Shown piece by piece: positions 28,947 through 39,332 of a stretch of DNA of 64,000 bases (within the stretch, counting starts at the first letter, position 1; the number at the start of each line of letters is the position of its first letter). The DNA is from an uncultured Candidatus Saccharibacteria bacterium (GTDB lineage: Bacteria > Patescibacteriota > Saccharimonadia > CAILAD01 > JADZBC01), in the NCBI GenBank assembly GCA_964436255.1, contig CAYTBW010000002.1, positions 616 through 64,615 on the forward strand, given 5' to 3'. The notes beneath the pieces were generated by a model, which worked only from the letters and a program-made list of their open reading frames with translations, was not told the DNA's origin and ran no database searches. The position numbers were made by a program, and so were the translations under genes.

Positions 28947-29417
28947 ATGAAGTGCCCACGCTGCAGATCTCAAGACAGTAGAGTACTCGAATCACGCGAG
29001 GTAGAGCAGGACAATGTAATTCGTCGTCGTCGAGAATGTTTGAGCTGCCAACATAGATTTACCACGTATGAACGCATTGAGGCTGCTCACTTAATGATTA
29101 TAAAAAAGAGTGGCGAGCGCGAGTTGTTTGATCGCACCAAGCTTGCGAGCGGTATTTATAGCGCTTTCCAGAAGCGCCCTGTATCCGCAGATCAAATTGA
29201 GGGTATTATTACCGCTGTAGAACAAGAGCTTAAGTCTACCGGAGACCATGAGATTGCGAGTAGCAAGATCGGAGAGCTGGTCATGGACAAGTTGCGCGAG
29301 AGTGACGATGTCGCCTATGTGCGCTTCGCTAGTGTCTACCGTAGCTTTGCGGACATCAAGAGCTTCGAGGCAGAGCTCAATAGGCTTAAGAACGAGGCCA
29401 AGAAGAGGGTCGATTAA
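28947..29417 (+). CDS. nrdR: Transcriptional repressor NrdR
   Basis: MKCP.C..IRRRREC..C..RFTTYE; ATP cone; AYVRFASVYR. Confidence 0.97.
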   Translation: MKCPRCRSQDSRVLESREVEQDNVIRRRRECLSCQHRFTTYERIEAAHLMIIKKSGERELFDRTKLASGIYSAFQKRPVSADQIEGIITAVEQELKSTGDHEIASSKIGELVMDKLRESDDVAYVRFASVYRSFADIKSFEAELNRLKNEAKKRVD

Positions 29418-29443
29418 GCGCGGCTCCATGCTATACTCAAAGC

Positions 29444-29674
29444 ATGAGAATTATCCTTTTATATAGAGGCAGTAAGCCCGAAGACCTGGCCGAATTTGGC
29501 CCCGAGGTGGTTGATGTTGATAGTAGGGATGGGCAGGACTTGGCTAGACTTTATGCCGCCACTACGTACCCCGCGGTTATAGTTGCGCAGGGGGATGGTT
29601 CGCTCGTAGAGATTTGGCAGGGCAAAATTCCATCTCGTGGCGAACTTTTGCATGCCTATAGTCCGCTTTCCTGA
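29444..29674 (+). CDS. Small thioredoxin-like-fold hypothetical protein (no CxxC)
   Basis: VDVDSRDG..LARLY...YPAVIV...DG....WQG; -10 box 6 nt before ATG. Confidence 0.6.
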   Translation: MRIILLYRGSKPEDLAEFGPEVVDVDSRDGQDLARLYAATTYPAVIVAQGDGSLVEIWQGKIPSRGELLHAYSPLS

Positions 29675-29722
29675 TCTGATAACTGACTAAAATGAACAAA
29701 ATAAGTGTTCATTAAGAATTCT

Positions 29723-31264
29723 TTATTCAACTTTTAGAATTCGAACCGTATCGGTCCCTCCGGCCACGCTATGATGCTTACCAAAAGCACTTACGACATA
29801 GTCGCCTTTGCGGATGCTACCGCGCTTTTTATATTCATCAAGGATTAATTCGCTAATCGCCTGCTGCTTGGGAACGAGGGTTGGCTTGCCCCCCCAGACT
29901 ATGGATAGTTTGTTGCAGACATGCCTATCGGGGCTTGCCATAATAATCGGGGCACTTGGTCGCAGGCTCGATATACTGTAGGCAGTGTGTCCAGTAAGGG
30001 TTTCTGCCACGATTAGCTTGGCAGGGATTTGCTCGGCCAGGGTGATGGCGGCAAGTGATACGCTAGCGGCAATTCTGTCTCCATCTCTTGCTTTTCGGTT
30101 TGATTCGGTTTGGTGCTGTTCAAACACAATGCGAGTCGTGTCGTGGATTTTTTGTAAGTTCGGCTTGCTCGAGACTGGTGTGCTTATTTCTGCAGCACCT
30201 GTATCCGAGGACGTGAAGTTAAGGTTAATTGTCCCCGAAGTGGCGTATTGTTCCGCCTTTAGAATAATGCGCTTCATCATTTGTACGGTTTCAACCGGAA
30301 ACTTGCCGATTGCTGTTTCCCCAGATAGCATTACACAGTCTACACCCAGGAGTACTGCCGTCGAGACGTCATTAGCCTCTGCCCGGGAGGGTTGAGTAGA
30401 GGTCATCATACTTTCGAGCATCTGCGTGGCCATTATGACCGGCTTATGCGCTGCCCGCGCCAGCTCAATAATACGTCGGCCGACAATTGGTACGTTTTCG
30501 GCGCCAATTTCAACCCCCAAATCACCACGAGCGATCATGACGGCATCAGCTGCCGCTATGATCTCTTCGATATTCTCTATGGCCGCCTTTGTTTCAATCT
30601 TCGCAATAATATGGACTGGTTGCAGCGCAGGCTTAAGCAGTCTGCGAAGCTCTTTAATGGTACTGGCGGATTGAATGAAGGAAAGCGCAACATAATCTAC
30701 GTCTTCGTGTATGGCAAAAGCGATGTCCTCGCGGTCCTTGGGAGTGATCACAGAGCGTTTGAATTTCGTATCGGGCAGATTGATGCCGTGATGACTCATG
30801 ACCGTCCCGCCATTTAGGGCTTTAGCCGTTACGATGCCACCTCGCACCGACTTTACGACGAGTTTGATCTGCCCGTCACGAAGAAAAATATGCTCACCGG
30901 TGGATACATCATTTGCAAAGTCGTACTGCGAGGGCAGTATCCCAAGCTCAGAATCATAATCATCGCTATAGCTAATGCCAACCATGTCCCCACGACTGAT
31001 CTTAATGCCGTCCTCTGGCAGCTCACCTAGGCGTATTTTGGGTCCGGATAAGTCCTGGATAATAGCCAGCCCGCGCTCAAGATCACGTGATGCTTTGCGT
31101 GCAATGGTAAGGTTCTTTTTATGCGTGGCGTAGTCGCCGTGCGAAAAGTTTAGCCGAACACCATTTACCCCTGAGCGCAGGAGCGACTCAATGTAGGGTT
31201 CACTCGCCGGACCAATAGTGGCAATAATCTTGGTCTTTTTATATGTGGTCGCGTCGCGCTTCAT
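29723..31264 (-). CDS. pyk: Pyruvate kinase
   Basis: TKIIATIGPA, RLNFSHG, IAKIE, MIARGDLGVE, ATQMLESM. Confidence 0.97.
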   Translation of the reverse strand: MKRDATTYKKTKIIATIGPASEPYIESLLRSGVNGVRLNFSHGDYATHKKNLTIARKASRDLERGLAIIQDLSGPKIRLGELPEDGIKISRGDMVGISYSDDYDSELGILPSQYDFANDVSTGEHIFLRDGQIKLVVKSVRGGIVTAKALNGGTVMSHHGINLPDTKFKRSVITPKDREDIAFAIHEDVDYVALSFIQSASTIKELRRLLKPALQPVHIIAKIETKAAIENIEEIIAAADAVMIARGDLGVEIGAENVPIVGRRIIELARAAHKPVIMATQMLESMMTSTQPSRAEANDVSTAVLLGVDCVMLSGETAIGKFPVETVQMMKRIILKAEQYATSGTINLNFTSSDTGAAEISTPVSSKPNLQKIHDTTRIVFEQHQTESNRKARDGDRIAASVSLAAITLAEQIPAKLIVAETLTGHTAYSISSLRPSAPIIMASPDRHVCNKLSIVWGGKPTLVPKQQAISELILDEYKKRGSIRKGDYVVSAFGKHHSVAGGTDTVRILKVE

Positions 31265-31359
31265 AGCTATCATTGTAGCCGCAAGGCGGGCTTCCCGTAA
31301 AGCTTATGCTAATCTCCTCGGAGTATTGTCTGATTGCCGACACCATGGTATTATTAGCC

Positions 31360-31587
31360 TCAAGATGCACTTTGCTCGATCTGATTGTTCAGTAGAGTAA
31401 ATGAGTGGCCATCAACCACGAAGCAGCAGAAAGAACGGCCCAGCCTAGTAGAATCTGCCGGACAATCAGCCCGTTAGCTGTAATTAAGCGCCATAGAGAT
31501 GCCTCTCTTGGAAACTGGATGGTACCGTCCGCATAGATGCGGATTCCAGTAGCCAAGAGAGGTATTTGCGTAAAAAGAGGAACATCA
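31360..31587 (+). promoter_or_regulatory. T-box riboswitch (Ile), atypical
   Basis: TGGTACC bulge in ctgga/tccag plus gtccgcat/atgcggat antiterminator fold; cagc-ccgtta-gctg stem IIA; upstream of ileS; promoter TTGTCT-17-TATTAT at 31326-31354. Confidence 0.75.
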
Positions 31588-34518
31588 ATGACCAGCCAGC
31601 CACAACAGCCCGAAAAATCCCAGCATGCGAAGATAGAAGAACAAGTCTTAGAGTTATGGTCGAAAGAAGGTACGTTCGAGCAGTCTTTGGCTCAGCGTGA
31701 GGGAGGTTCGACATACAGCTTTTATGATGGTCCGCCGTTTGCAAACGGTTTGCCGCACTTTGGACACTCGCTGGTGACCAGCATTAAAGACTCCATGCTG
31801 CGCTATAAGACCATGCAGGGCTATTACGTACCACGGCGCAATGGCTGGGACTGCCACGGACTGCCGGTCGAGTTTGCTATCGAGAAAGAGTTTGGCGTTA
31901 GTGGTAAAAAGCAGATCCTTGAGCTGGGTATCGAAAAGTTCAATGCTGCCTGTAATGATTCGGTCTTTAAGTACAAGGGTGAGTGGGAGAGCCTGCTTAA
32001 AAGGCTTGGCCGCTGGAGTGAGTACGACAATTACTACGCTACGGTGGACAGTAACTATACCGAGAGTGTTTGGTGGGCTTTGGCTCAAGTGCACAAAAAA
32101 GGCCTGCTCTATAAAGGCTACAAGAGCACGCCGTATTGCCCGCGCTGCGAGACGCCACTCTCCAACTTTGAAGTGAATGATGGCTATAAGGATAATGTGC
32201 CGGACCCAAGTTTGTACGTCATGTTCAAGTTGGCGAACGAGGATGCCTACATGCTCGGCTGGACAACGACGCCATGGAGTTTACCTGGCAATGCCGCGAT
32301 TGCTGTTAACCCCGCTGAACAGTACGTATATGTGGAGCTTACTGATGAGCCAGCGGCGGGCAAAGTAGTTGTACTGGCCAAGAAGCGACTCGAAGCACTG
32401 GGGCACGATAACTATACGGTTATCAAAGAAGTGAGTGGACAAGACTTGGTTGGCAAAAGCTACCTTCCAGTCTTCGAGGTAAGTGGGCTAGACGGCCTGG
32501 AGGGCTCCGACAATTTATACAGGACCTGGCCAGCTGATTTTGTAAGCATTGAGGACGGCACTGGCGTGCTGCACGTTGCGCCGGCTTTTGGTGAAGACGA
32601 TCTTAACCTTGGCTTGCAAGAGGGCATCCCGGTATTACAAACTATTGACGCGAGCGGTAAGGTGACGGAGCAGGCAGGTGTACCGGAGGCAACAGGTAAG
32701 TTCTTTAAGGGTGCTGACAAGATAATTATCGAAAACCTTACTGAAAAGGGTTTGGTATATTTGGCTGAGACCAAAGAGCACACCTACCCATTCTGCTGGC
32801 GCTGTGAAACTCCGCTCATGTATTACGCCATTTCGAGCTGGTTCATTCGGGTATCAAGCATTCGGGATCAGCTTATGAAAACAGCCGAAGAAATTAACTG
32901 GACACCTGCCCATATCAAGTCAGGACGCTTTGGGCAGTGGATAGAGGGTGCTCGGGATTGGGCAATTTCTCGCAATAGGTATTGGGGCGCGCCAATGCCA
33001 ATTTGGGTTAACGTGGTCGATGAAACTGACTATATTGTCGTGGAGAGTTACGAGGAACTACGCAAACTAACGGGCAACAGCGAGCTGGATACGAGTGACG
33101 TGCACCGGCCGATCATTGATGACGTCGTGATCGAGCGCGATGGCAAAGCTTACAGGCGTGTTGAAGAAGTCTTGGACTGCTGGTTTGAATCGGGCACTAT
33201 GAGCCTCGCCCAGCATCACTACCCGTTTGAGAATAAAGAAGCTTTTGACCAGGCATTCCCGGCCGACTTCATCATCGAAGGCTTAGACCAGACACGGCTG
33301 TGGTTCTATGTGCAGCATGTGGTAAATACTATTCTGTTTGACGCGCCAGCCTACAAGAACGTGATCGTAAACGGCATGATTATGGCTGCTGATGGTCAAA
33401 AGTTGAGTAAGCGTCTGCAGAACTATCCGCCAGTTGATGAAGTATTCAATCAAGAAGGAGCAGATAGTTTGCGCTTGTACTTGCTCTCAAGCCATCAGGC
33501 GAGCGAGACGGCCGAGTACATTCGATTTAATAGGGATGCTATGCGTGACATTCAGCGCAACGTGCTTGGCACACTCCTTAACTCACAGCGCTTCTTTACC
33601 ATGTATGCCGACATCGACGGCTGGAAGCCAGCCCAGGCTGGTACTCGACCCCAGAGTGATAACGTACTAGACCAATGGATGCTGGCACGCATTGATCAGA
33701 CGGTCGTTGAAGCTACCAAAGAAGCCGATGGCTACCAAATAGCCCATGCGATTACCCCGGTATTTAGCCTGATTGATGATATGAGCAATTGGTACATCAG
33801 GCGTTCGCGCAGAAGGTTCTGGAAAAGCGAAGACGACGGTGACAAGGCAATGGCCTACGAGACGCTGTGGTATGCGCTCATTCGTATTTGCCAGCTTCTA
33901 GCGCCTTGGGCACCGTTCGTAAGCGACTATGTATGGCGCGAGCTTGTTCGTGGCACCGACATGCCGGCTTCGGTTCATTTGAGTGACTGGCCAGCGGCTG
34001 ACACAACAGATACTTCGGTGGTCATAAATATGGCCCTGGTGCGCGAAACGATTAAGGAGGCCCTAGCCCTGCGAGCTGAAGCGGGTATTAAAGTCCGCCA
34101 ACCATTATCTAGGCTGGTAGTGACCGCAAAAGCCGAGCTTGACCTCCAGTACAGCGATATCATTCGTGATGAAGTGAATGTTAAGCAGGTCGAAGTCCGA
34201 TTGAGCGACGAAGCCCACGCGCCTCAACTTGATACGAAGGTCACGCCAGAGCTTCAGCGCGAAGGCATTATGCGTGATGTGGTGCGTCTCGTACAGAATG
34301 CGCGTAAGCAAGCGGGCTTAGATGTCGATGACCGCATAGAGCTCGGCCTTACAAGTACAAGCACAGAAATAGTGCAGGCGATTACTGAACACAGCGGCGT
34401 AATCAAAGCGGAAACCTTGGCTGCAGTGCTGACCGAAACCGTAGAAGGCCATAGTACGCAGGCTAAGGTTGGAGAGGCAGAAGTTACGATTAGCCTCCGC
34501 AAGCACGAATCCCTATAA
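31588..34518 (+). CDS. ileS: Isoleucine--tRNA ligase (type 2)
   Basis: FYDGPPFANGLPHFGH, GWDCHGLPVE, KLSKRLQNY, NWYIRRSRRRFW. Confidence 0.97.
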   Translation: MTSQPQQPEKSQHAKIEEQVLELWSKEGTFEQSLAQREGGSTYSFYDGPPFANGLPHFGHSLVTSIKDSMLRYKTMQGYYVPRRNGWDCHGLPVEFAIEKEFGVSGKKQILELGIEKFNAACNDSVFKYKGEWESLLKRLGRWSEYDNYYATVDSNYTESVWWALAQVHKKGLLYKGYKSTPYCPRCETPLSNFEVNDGYKDNVPDPSLYVMFKLANEDAYMLGWTTTPWSLPGNAAIAVNPAEQYVYVELTDEPAAGKVVVLAKKRLEALGHDNYTVIKEVSGQDLVGKSYLPVFEVSGLDGLEGSDNLYRTWPADFVSIEDGTGVLHVAPAFGEDDLNLGLQEGIPVLQTIDASGKVTEQAGVPEATGKFFKGADKIIIENLTEKGLVYLAETKEHTYPFCWRCETPLMYYAISSWFIRVSSIRDQLMKTAEEINWTPAHIKSGRFGQWIEGARDWAISRNRYWGAPMPIWVNVVDETDYIVVESYEELRKLTGNSELDTSDVHRPIIDDVVIERDGKAYRRVEEVLDCWFESGTMSLAQHHYPFENKEAFDQAFPADFIIEGLDQTRLWFYVQHVVNTILFDAPAYKNVIVNGMIMAADGQKLSKRLQNYPPVDEVFNQEGADSLRLYLLSSHQASETAEYIRFNRDAMRDIQRNVLGTLLNSQRFFTMYADIDGWKPAQAGTRPQSDNVLDQWMLARIDQTVVEATKEADGYQIAHAITPVFSLIDDMSNWYIRRSRRRFWKSEDDGDKAMAYETLWYALIRICQLLAPWAPFVSDYVWRELVRGTDMPASVHLSDWPAADTTDTSVVINMALVRETIKEALALRAEAGIKVRQPLSRLVVTAKAELDLQYSDIIRDEVNVKQVEVRLSDEAHAPQLDTKVTPELQREGIMRDVVRLVQNARKQAGLDVDDRIELGLTSTSTEIVQAITEHSGVIKAETLAAVLTETVEGHSTQAKVGEAEVTISLRKHESL

Positions 34519-34527
34519 TAGGGGTAT

Positions 34528-35634
34528 ATGTTTGGACTTCGCTTTTTACGCAAACTTGATTTAGTATTGGCTGCCAGCACGTTGGTGCTGTTAGTTATCG
34601 GTTTAACGGTGCTTTATTCCTCCGGGATTAAACCGGCAATTGTAGCCACCGAGATCGATCCGAGTCGACAGTTTCTGTACGGCGGCGTTGGGCTCATGGT
34701 CATGCTGTTCTTTGCCCGGCTTGACTACCGTATACTTCGCAGTTATGGCCTGGCTCTCTATATTCTGTCGATTATTACACTCTTATACGTAGACCTAGCA
34801 GGTGCTACCAGGCTTGGGGCAACTCGCTGGATTGACATTGGATTCTTCCAGTTCCAACCATCAGAGTTTGCCAAACCGATACTAGCAATTATGCTCGCTC
34901 AGCACTTTTCTCGTCACTACGACAACATCAACGAATGGAAGTACTGGCTCGGGTCTCTCGCTTACGTGGCAGCCCCAATGCTTTTGGTGCTCGCTCAGCC
35001 AGACTTAGGCACAGGCATGGTGTTCGGTACTATTTGGTTTTCTATGGCAATTGCTGCTCGCGTGCGCTGGCAGTATCTAGTGGGATTGGTGGCGAGTGTG
35101 GCGGCCATGGTGCCACTCATTATTCCTCGACTACAACCATACCAGCAGCAGCGCATTACGACGTTCTTGAACCCTGCAGCCAATCCAGCCACGACTGGAT
35201 ACAACGTGAACCAAGCTATCATTGCAGTGGGCAATGGGGGATGGTTTGGTCAAGGACTTGGTTCGGGCTCTCAGAGCCAGGGTAACTTTTTACCTTCACA
35301 GCAAACGGACTTTATTTTTGCGGTACTGGCTGAAAAGCTAGGCTTTTTCGGCGGGCTACTTACCCTCACAGCCTTCCTGGCGCTCGTACTACGCGCATAT
35401 TGGATCACGAAGCTGGCGGCCGATAAGTTCGGTGGCTTACTTGGCGTGGGGCTTGCGAGTATGCTCTTGTTCCATCTATTCATTAACGTCGGTATGAACT
35501 TGGGTATCATGCCAGTTACGGGCATTCCTCTACCATTCATTTCTGCCGGTGGGTCAAGCATGATTGTCACTATGTTTGCTGTCGGCGTCATCCAGAGTAT
35601 CTACATTCGCCGCAAAAAGCGAGAGTTCGCATGA
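34528..35634 (+). CDS. rodA: Rod shape-determining protein RodA (SEDS family)
   Basis: GATRWI, QPSEFAK, QPDLGT, TDFIF, PVTGIPLPFISAGGSS. Confidence 0.92.
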   Translation: MFGLRFLRKLDLVLAASTLVLLVIGLTVLYSSGIKPAIVATEIDPSRQFLYGGVGLMVMLFFARLDYRILRSYGLALYILSIITLLYVDLAGATRLGATRWIDIGFFQFQPSEFAKPILAIMLAQHFSRHYDNINEWKYWLGSLAYVAAPMLLVLAQPDLGTGMVFGTIWFSMAIAARVRWQYLVGLVASVAAMVPLIIPRLQPYQQQRITTFLNPAANPATTGYNVNQAIIAVGNGGWFGQGLGSGSQSQGNFLPSQQTDFIFAVLAEKLGFFGGLLTLTAFLALVLRAYWITKLAADKFGGLLGVGLASMLLFHLFINVGMNLGIMPVTGIPLPFISAGGSSMIVTMFAVGVIQSIYIRRKKREFA

Positions 35635-36191
35635 GCCGCAAAAAGCGCCTGGGCATCTTAATGGCCATCGTGTTTGCTTGTCTGAGTATATATCGCGGCT
35701 TGGCCATGCAGCAGCAGTCGTCAGCCAATCAGACCCCAACTGCATTGGGAGAATATAGGGTGTCGAAGGTAGTAGATGGCGACACGATTGAAGTCAGCAT
35801 GGACGGGCGGCTGCAGAAAGTGCGCTTGATAGGCATGGATACACCAGAGGTAGTTGATCCGCGTAAGGCCGTGCAGTGCTTCGGGCGCGAGGCCTCTGCC
35901 GAAGCCAAGCGAAGATTAAGTGATAAAGTAATTCGCCTGGAGTACGACGTGCAGGTGGGAGAGCAGGATAAGTATGGCCGCCGCCTGGCTTATGTATACT
36001 TACCCGATGGGTCGAATTACGCTGAGGGGATGATCCGCGATGGCTTTGCCAAGGAGTACACCTATCAGGGGCAAGTGTATAAATACCAAGTGAACTTTAA
36101 CCAGGCCGAAGCAGAGGCCGAGCAGACAGCCCGCGGCCTATGGTCGCCAACTACATGCAATGGCGACACAAAGCAGCCTGCGGCGAGGTAA
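35631..36191 (+). CDS. Exported thermonuclease (SNase family)
   Basis: VVDGDTI, VRLIGMDTPE, DKYGRRLAYV, RGLW. Confidence 0.95.
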   Translation: MSRKKRLGILMAIVFACLSIYRGLAMQQQSSANQTPTALGEYRVSKVVDGDTIEVSMDGRLQKVRLIGMDTPEVVDPRKAVQCFGREASAEAKRRLSDKVIRLEYDVQVGEQDKYGRRLAYVYLPDGSNYAEGMIRDGFAKEYTYQGQVYKYQVNFNQAEAEAEQTARGLWSPTTCNGDTKQPAAR

Positions 36192-36268
36192 ATAGCGCTT
36201 AGACAATCGAAGTGTTGGCTTTATTGGTCGATAGGTCCATAATTAAAGATTAGAAAGGTATAAATTTA

Positions 36269-37258
36269 ATGCTCAATAAAATCAAAGTTGATGGCAAATT
36301 AACCTTGATGTGGACAGAAGCTCTACGAGCCTTGATATGTATGCTCCCTATGTTTGTGGCTACAGGAATGGGGAAAACGAGCTTCTTGGTTTCCTTAGGA
36401 CAAGGTGGCTTTTTCTTTAGCACCTTGTTCTTGCCCAAAAAAATTAGCGGTCGAGCAGTTATGGGCTCTTTGATACTCGCGCTTGGCTTGGGCTTTTATT
36501 TAATCGGCGGTGCAGTTGCCCCCAATCCATGGATGGCTGTTGTGTTCACCTTTATGGTGTGTCTTAACCTCAGTTTTCTAAGTGGTTGGACAATTGGAGG
36601 GCCGCTCGCGCTGACGTTGGTTATGATCTATACCGCCGGACTGAATACTGGCTCGCCAGAAAAAGCATCAGCAAACTTTTTGGCATTTGCATTCGTAATG
36701 GGCTGGTCGGCTCTTGTGTCCCTCTTACCATTCTGGAAGCCAGTTGAGCCGCCCAAAGTTGACACTACACAATCTAATGGCGCACTTGCCGAGCAAGGGT
36801 TAAGAATGGCCATTGGCGCATCGCTGGCACTTATGATTTCTTACGGCGCAGGATTCGCAAAACTTGGCTGGGCCCCTAGCGCAGTCGGGAATGTCATAAG
36901 GTATGATCCGAAGTTATCAAAGATGCGGGCCATGGCTAGGCTTGCTGGAACTATAGCAGGCGCGCTGCTTGCTGCTATCGCCCTGGCATCTATATCAAGC
37001 GTTTCTGTGCTGGTCCTTGTTGGCGGCCTCTTTGCAGTACTAAATGGCTTGTTTAAAAAGACAAAACTTGGCATGATGCCGTTTTTCTATACAGCTACGA
37101 TTTTGTTATTATATTCTGCCAATGATTTATCGTCCGGGACTTCTAACATATGGCAGCGTGTTGCGTATAATTTGGTTGGCGTAATTGTCGCAATAATCGT
37201 GGTTGTGTATCCGTTCCCGATCCTTATGAAGAAAGTTAATCCCGCAAAAGTCGCATAG
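36269..37258 (+). CDS. FUSC-like multi-pass membrane protein
   Basis: About 10 TM helices; RAMARLAGTIAG and QRVAYNLVG motifs. Confidence 0.7.
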   Translation: MLNKIKVDGKLTLMWTEALRALICMLPMFVATGMGKTSFLVSLGQGGFFFSTLFLPKKISGRAVMGSLILALGLGFYLIGGAVAPNPWMAVVFTFMVCLNLSFLSGWTIGGPLALTLVMIYTAGLNTGSPEKASANFLAFAFVMGWSALVSLLPFWKPVEPPKVDTTQSNGALAEQGLRMAIGASLALMISYGAGFAKLGWAPSAVGNVIRYDPKLSKMRAMARLAGTIAGALLAAIALASISSVSVLVLVGGLFAVLNGLFKKTKLGMMPFFYTATILLLYSANDLSSGTSNIWQRVAYNLVGVIVAIIVVVYPFPILMKKVNPAKVA

Positions 37259-37269
37259 TAGCATTGGTG

Positions 37270-37758
37270 ATGAACCGAATCCTAATAGTTGGAAGGGGTA
37301 GTGCAGGTAAGTCTACTTTTGCGAAGGCTCTGGGTAAGAAGCTGAGCTTGCCAGTATATCACTTGGACCAACATTTTTGGAAAGCCGGCTGGGAGCATCA
37401 TGAGGATATTCATGCTATACACTCAAAGCTTATTGCTAAGGATAAGTGGATAATTGAAGGTAGTACGGAATATTTAGAAGAACGTGCCGAGCGAGCTGAT
37501 CTGTGTATTGTATTGGCTCTTCCTCCGCACAAAACTATACCTAATTGGCTTGGGAGACTTTGGAAATATAGGGGAGTATCTCGTCCGGATATTGCAAAAG
37601 GTAATGTGGAAAAGTTCAATCTAGAATATATCCGGTGGCAGCTTGACTGGAAGAGCAATAAACGCAAAATTAAGCGCTTACGTGCTGTCTGTCCCGCACA
37701 GAAGCTCATTATTCTCAAGAGTCGTAAGCAGTTCAAAAAGTATCTGGCAGGATTGTAG
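37270..37758 (+). CDS. Adenylate kinase-like P-loop protein (FlaR/topology modulation family)
   Basis: RILIVGRGSAGKSTFA..LPVYHLD..FW..GW, WIIEG. Confidence 0.85.
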   Translation: MNRILIVGRGSAGKSTFAKALGKKLSLPVYHLDQHFWKAGWEHHEDIHAIHSKLIAKDKWIIEGSTEYLEERAERADLCIVLALPPHKTIPNWLGRLWKYRGVSRPDIAKGNVEKFNLEYIRWQLDWKSNKRKIKRLRAVCPAQKLIILKSRKQFKKYLAGL

Positions 37759-37813
37759 CCAATAGGTAGCACTATAGTTGGTAACAACTTTCCAAGATTG
37801 CTATAATAGACTG

Positions 37814-38737
37814 ATGAGTAAAATCTACGACGTAATCATAATCGGAGCGGGACCGGCTGGCTATACGGCTGCTATATATACCTCTCGCGCCAGCTTGAGC
37901 ACGCTGATGATCGCTGGCGATACGCCAGGCGGCCAGCTGCTGTTAACGGGCGAAGTCGAGAACTTCCCTGGATTCAAAGAGGGTATTACCGGCCCTGCAC
38001 TGATGGATGAAATGAAGGCGCAGGCCAAGCGCTTCGGCACCGAGCTAATAAGCGAATTCGTAACCAAAGTAGAGCTCGACGGCGACGTAAAGAAGGTTTA
38101 CGTGGGCGAGGAAACGTATGAAGCGAAAACTGTAATTATTTCTACCGGCGCATCTGCTAACTGGTTGGGGCTTAAGAATGAACAACGCCTTATGAGCCAC
38201 GGCATAAGCGCCTGTGCTACCTGCGATGCATTCTTCTTCCGCGATAAAGAAGTGGTAGTTGTGGGCGGCGGCGACGTTGCAATGGAAGAGGCTCACGCGC
38301 TCACAAAGTTCGCTAGTAAGGTTTACATTGTTCACCGGCGCGACACGTTGCGGGCTAGTAAGATTATGCAAAAGCGCGCCATGGATGACCCTAAGATTGA
38401 TTTTATATGGAACACCGAAGTAATTGATGTACTCGGTAAAGACAACGTAGAGGGCGTTCGACTGAAAGATACCAAAGACGGCAGTGAGCGGGACTTTGCT
38501 TGTCAGGGTATGTTTGTGGCGATTGGCCACACCCCTGCTACTAGTTTATTCAAAGAATCTTTGGAATTGGACGAAAAAGGATACATTAAGGCCAAGGACT
38601 CAGTACTAACGGACATTCCAGGGGTCTTTGCAGCTGGCGACGTAGTTGATGCGCGCTACCGACAAGCCATTACGGCTGCGGGCGATGGTTGCCGTGCTGC
38701 ACTCGAAGTTGAACATTACCTCGCAAGTAAAGAGTAG
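37814..38737 (+). CDS. trxB: Thioredoxin-disulfide reductase
   Basis: GAGPAG, CATCD, VFAAGDV..YRQAITAA. Confidence 0.97.
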   Translation: MSKIYDVIIIGAGPAGYTAAIYTSRASLSTLMIAGDTPGGQLLLTGEVENFPGFKEGITGPALMDEMKAQAKRFGTELISEFVTKVELDGDVKKVYVGEETYEAKTVIISTGASANWLGLKNEQRLMSHGISACATCDAFFFRDKEVVVVGGGDVAMEEAHALTKFASKVYIVHRRDTLRASKIMQKRAMDDPKIDFIWNTEVIDVLGKDNVEGVRLKDTKDGSERDFACQGMFVAIGHTPATSLFKESLELDEKGYIKAKDSVLTDIPGVFAAGDVVDARYRQAITAAGDGCRAALEVEHYLASKE

Positions 38738-38738
38738 T

Positions 38739-39332
38739 ATGGCCCAGGACGAAGCTTACAAGGCCCAAATAGAACGGCTCAAGCGCCGCGTTGCCGAGCT
38801 AGAACAGCAGGCGCATACCGATGAGCTAACGAGCATTATGAATCGTCGTGGTTTGATGCAGATGCTCACCGCCTTCACCCAAGAAGTAGACTTTCAGCTC
38901 AAGAATCCCGACCGAAGGCAGTTCCTTATCATTAAGTCGCTTAGCATACTATTTGTAGACGTAGATGATTTCAAAAAGATTAATGACCAATACGGCCACG
39001 GCATAGGCGATAAAGTATTATGCGAGATTGCGGCTTCGATTCGCGGTTCACTGCGAGGAATTGATGTGGTTGGTCGCTATGGCGGGGAGGAGATTGTGGT
39101 TGGCCTGATTGGGGCAGATCTGGATAGAGCTGCTAAGATTGCAGAAGACTTGCGAAGAAAGATTGAGGCCTTGCGATTTGATGGAGAAGCAGATGGACTG
39201 GGTGTCACCGCGTCATTTGGAGTTGCAAGCATGGCGGCTGGTTTAAGCGTTCAGGAATTATTGGGGCGTGCGGATGCGGCATTAAGCTCCGCTAAGGCAA
39301 ATGGCAAAAACAGGGTAGAGCTGCATGGCTAA
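38739..39332 (+). CDS. Diguanylate cyclase (coiled coil plus GGDEF)
   Basis: TDELT..NRR, DVDDFKKIND.YGH..GD, RGID I-site, GRYGGEEI. Confidence 0.92.
   Translation: MAQDEAYKAQIERLKRRVAELEQQAHTDELTSIMNRRGLMQMLTAFTQEVDFQLKNPDRRQFLIIKSLSILFVDVDDFKKINDQYGHGIGDKVLCEIAASIRGSLRGIDVVGRYGGEEIVVGLIGADLDRAAKIAEDLRRKIEALRFDGEADGLGVTASFGVASMAAGLSVQELLGRADAALSSAKANGKNRVELHG

Noticed and set aside
29692-29714. Inverted repeat aatgaaca-N7-tgttcatt
   Set aside because: Lies between convergent gene ends; most simply a weak terminator or stability hairpin
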